The position numbers and the translations under genes are program-made. Shown piece after piece: positions 61,001-64,000 of a stretch of DNA of 64,000 bases; the stretch's first letter is position 1; the number at the start of each line of letters is the position of its first letter. This DNA comes from Azolla caroliniana. Lineage: Eukaryota > Plantae > Polypodiophyta. The stretch covers positions 10,850,001 to 10,914,000 of the forward strand of contig JBHGNT010000016.1 of the NCBI GenBank assembly GCA_043228905.1, given 5' to 3'. The notes below the pieces were generated by a model. It saw only the letters and a list, made by a program, of their open reading frames with translations, was not told where the DNA came from and did no database searches.

Positions 61001-64000
61001 TTCCATTGAAGAACATCGCCCCACACTATGAGCAGAGGGGGCTGATGGTCCCCTTAGTGAAGAACATCGCCCCATTCCACTAACTACCCCCGGCTGCCCA
61101 TCAATTGGCCGTAATCATGATCAGTGGCACAACTGACAAACAGCTCCTCTTCCACACTCACCACCTCACTATCACCACCGCGCAGCTGATAACCAAATAA
61201 GCAACATGGGAGAAAACCACCTCCATGCTCGTCCGTTACTACGAGAAGGAACCAATGAAATCATGTGGTTGGCACATCTCCGCAATGAGCTTGGTCTATC
61301 TGAAACATAGTACGTAATATTCGTGTTCGTTAACCCAAACATTCGTTTTCATACATTTGCAAACGAATGCGTAAGTTATTAAAACATTCTTGTGTTTCTT
61401 TTTTACACTTTTTACCTTAACTTTCTTACCCTAAAAAATTTACTTTGTAATAAATAATGAGTGCAAAAGTAGGGTATTTACTATACTTCGAGGGTGTTTT
61501 TCATACTCGAATGATAAGAATGTTCACGAATGCGAATGTACGAATGGTACGTATGCTTCATACTATGATCTGAAAGGACAGCATTCCTATATTGTGATAG
61601 CCACCATGCCATATGCTTGGTACTAATGTTATTTTTCATGCGTACAGTAAGTATATAGGTTTTGGTATCACTGCATCAGGGAGGTGATAGAGGATGGACT
61701 CATCTCATTCCATAAAATCAGCATTAAATAAAATACTGCAGATGCTCTCACCAAGTGCCCCTCAAAGGCACAAAATCAACATTGTCTCCAACTAGTGGGG
61801 GTACCATAGCTTAAAAGGGCCTCCTTGGCTCTATAAGTGGGAAGTTGTGGGTATAAATGACCAAGAACACTCCATTTGTACAGTTATGAAGGCCCTTTCA
61901 CAGTATAGCTCTCTTAAGAACTTCTAGGACATATCTGGTCACTTGGCCAATTTGAACTGGCTCAAGTGTCCGAAAATCACATTCTATTAAAACAATATAC
62001 TTTTGCCCCTGAAACATATTATTTTGGGTTCAAAAGCCTATGTGTATCTTTTCCCTCTCCTCTCTTTTAATTTGCATCCCCGCCATTTTGTCTCTCCTCT
62101 CACTCCATTCAACTAAGGTGGCACCAAAACAAACCTCTTGGTTCCTCCTTTCACATCTCTGCACCATGTTGCATCTTGTAATGTTATATTTTGCCATGTG
62201 CTCTCCTTGCCTATGCTCTATCAATACTTTCAAGACCCAATAATTATTGAAGCAAACCATTTTGAAGACAAATAAAAGCCAGTTTTGGAGCCATCTCAAG
62301 ATGACCACATTTTTTGTGTAAAATATATGTAGTGTTATAACAATGAAAAAACAGATAGAAGATAATAATAATAAAAGATACTTCCAAAATCATTTATTTA
62401 GTCACAGGTTTCTGCATGCAAAGAGTAGTCCTCCACTCATTCATTCAATGAAATTCAAGCTGCGTGGAATTTGGATGGTCATTGAATGCTCCAAGGGCAA
62501 TTGATTGCAGAATATCAAAAATTGAAAATTAATTTGGGAGCTATGATGTTACGAGCCTATACATGTGAAGTGTTGTAGACAAAATGAACCAAAATATCAG
62601 GTCTAAAGAAGTTAATAACCCTATGAATGTGAAACCCCTCCATGCCGGACTATCACTTGTCTGTGATGATGTGATGTGGCCGATTCAATAATGAAGGTTC
62701 ATGAGAACATAATGTGGATGAATGAGAGATGTGTAAAAATGAAGAGAAAAAAGAGTGCAGATCATTGTATCCAAAGATATATCAGAAAGTGTCCAACTTC
62801 CCCATCAAAACGCTTTGCTTTGCATTGTATCATTGCACAAAGACTCGGGCAGACATGAGCAGGTCTTGTGCGTGCAAAGTGGTAATCCTAACAAACCTAC
62901 TTGTAAGGAACCCTAATGTAACTGAGAGCTGCAGACCAAGGAGAAGGGCATTTTCCCATTATATCGGAGGGAGGTTAGTTGAGAAATATGCATATCAATA
63001 AGGCCCCCCATATAAACTGGAAGAACCATTCTCCCCATACATTGCTTTATTAATTACTCAAGTGGAGACACGGACATATCTTTTGATCCTTAGCCAGTCA
63101 GGTAAATGATATGATACCTGATGGATTCCACTTTCATGGGCAAATGCATTGGCTCCAACAATGGCCTTATGAGGCTGAACAAGCATACCAGTGTAATCTG
63201 CAACCTGGGATACAAATATCTCTGAATGATAACAGCGATGTTCATTTTTATTTAAATGGTAGGATTTTAATAGATGCTCAATTGCTTATCATACAAATAT
63301 TCAAAAATGCAACAGTTGCAACATACCATCTTGCTAGAAGCTGCAATATGCTTTGTTTGTATGCCTGTGTACAGACCACCCATTTGTCCTTGGCCACGAC
63401 ATTTGATGGCCATTACAATCTGCAATAATTATGTGCATATAGCATATAATATGACCATTAAGTATGATGGTAAGTTTGAAACATTCTCAGATTCAAGAAG
63501 ATCCATAATGATGATGAAGATATATGAGAAACAACAAGGATTTCTAAGTAATCGACATACTACAAACTCTTCACACAGGTAGCTCATTGTTTGAAGGAGA
63601 TAATCACAAGGGTTCTACCTCTTCAAGGGATGCATTTCCTGCTCGCTCCCCAATACCATTCAATGTGACTTCCAGCTGCCTTGCACCGTTAAGTGCACCC
63701 TGCATTGCCCAAATGTAAGAAACTCTGTTTTTTATTTAAAGATAAATATCTACAATTACAAAATAAACAGCACAATCAAAAAGGTCGAAAGACATGTCTC
63801 ACAGCCAAAGTATTCGCAGTTGCAAGTCCAAGATCATTGTGACAATGAGTTGAAATGATAATTCCATCAGCACCAGGAGTATTTGCTTTTATTTTTGCGA
63901 TTAATTGGCCAAACTCCTCAGGAAGATTGTAGCCAACTGTATCAGGGATATTCACAGTGGTGGCACCAGCTTTGATCGCTTCCTCAAGAACTCGGTACAG
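52065..64000 (-). CDS. IPMS: 2-isopropylmalate synthase (LeuA family), 3' part, spliced; 5' end beyond the window
   Basis: GT-AG exons in consistent phase: 63803-64000, 63619-63699, 63327-63419, 63118-63204, 55600-55700, 55478-55511, 53118-53192, 52953-53036, 52753-52887, 52360-52505, 52065-52206 (391 aa + TAG). Motifs [64 protein letters not shown]. Complete C-terminal regulatory domain ending [10 protein letters not shown]...SVA*. Confidence 0.96.
53393..53712. mobile_element. Decayed MITE-like element in an IPMS intron
   Basis: 14-bp perfect inverted repeat CTTGGTCAAAGTTG (53393-53406) / CAACTTTGACCAAG (53699-53712), with weaker similarity either side. No TSD resolved. Confidence 0.45.
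56690..58353 (-). mobile_element. LINE (RTE-X-like) 5' part: ORF1 plus APE endonuclease, decayed
   Basis: Coiled-coil ORF1 ending [11 protein letters not shown]...LDDDLT, then [28 protein letters not shown]. Clade assignment is tentative. Confidence 0.75.
58400..59870 (-). mobile_element. LINE 3' part: reverse transcriptase, remnant zinc finger, 3' UTR
   Basis: KSGDP...[62 protein letters not shown]. Confidence 0.88.
59890..60250 (-). mobile_element. Second copy of the same LINE 3' UTR with a simple-repeat tail
   Basis: 60045-60148 is similar to 58408-58510 and ends in TCTT repeats on the minus strand. Confidence 0.6.
60370..60750 (-). mobile_element. Possible highly decayed L1-type ORF1 fragment
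   Basis: [15 protein letters not shown] and HGVWLKVLG resemble the GPW...W / PVW motifs of plant L1 ORF1. Many stops. Confidence 0.3.
61306..61567. mobile_element. hAT-type MITE, 262 bp
   Basis: Termini CATAGTA...TACTATG, perfect 8-bp TSD ATCTGAAA (61298-61305 and 61568-61575), subterminal ATTCG/CGAAT repeats. Confidence 0.88.

Overview
Plant nuclear DNA, probably from a non-seed plant such as a fern (inferred from the transposon lineages and the CT/GA microsatellites). Bases 1-~50,600 are almost entirely retrotransposons. Their centre is a reconstructable nested stack. A decayed Tcn1-like chromovirus gag is split by a 30.9-kb decayed Gypsy 'X' (8009-38864, -). X carries a Copia (8591-14243) in its 3' LTR and a hAT-type MITE in its integrase. 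The MITE carries a very young Gypsy 'Y' of X's own lineage (15544-33044, +), and Y's 3' LTR carries a very young Athila/OTA-like Gypsy 'Z' (22802-32967, +). Copia and Tcn1-like fragments and two solo LTRs follow. Bases 52065-64000 hold the last 11 visible exons of an intact 2-isopropylmalate synthase (IPMS) gene on the minus strand, with LINE and MITE insertions in its introns. Most notable points: (1) the X/Y lineage has a tRNA-Trp primer site, a 4-bp TSD (seen for Y) and a conserved G_GAU_UUU -1 frameshift with a predicted pseudoknot placed AFTER the protease; (2) Z has a large extra coiled-coil ORF with an apparent internal promoter, and a hairpin where the polypurine tract should be; (3) tRNA-like Pol III A/B-box cassettes lie antisense in both LTRs of X and in a putative LTR of another family; (4) an intronic LINE has permuted domain order. 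All calls were made by eye; no database searches were run.
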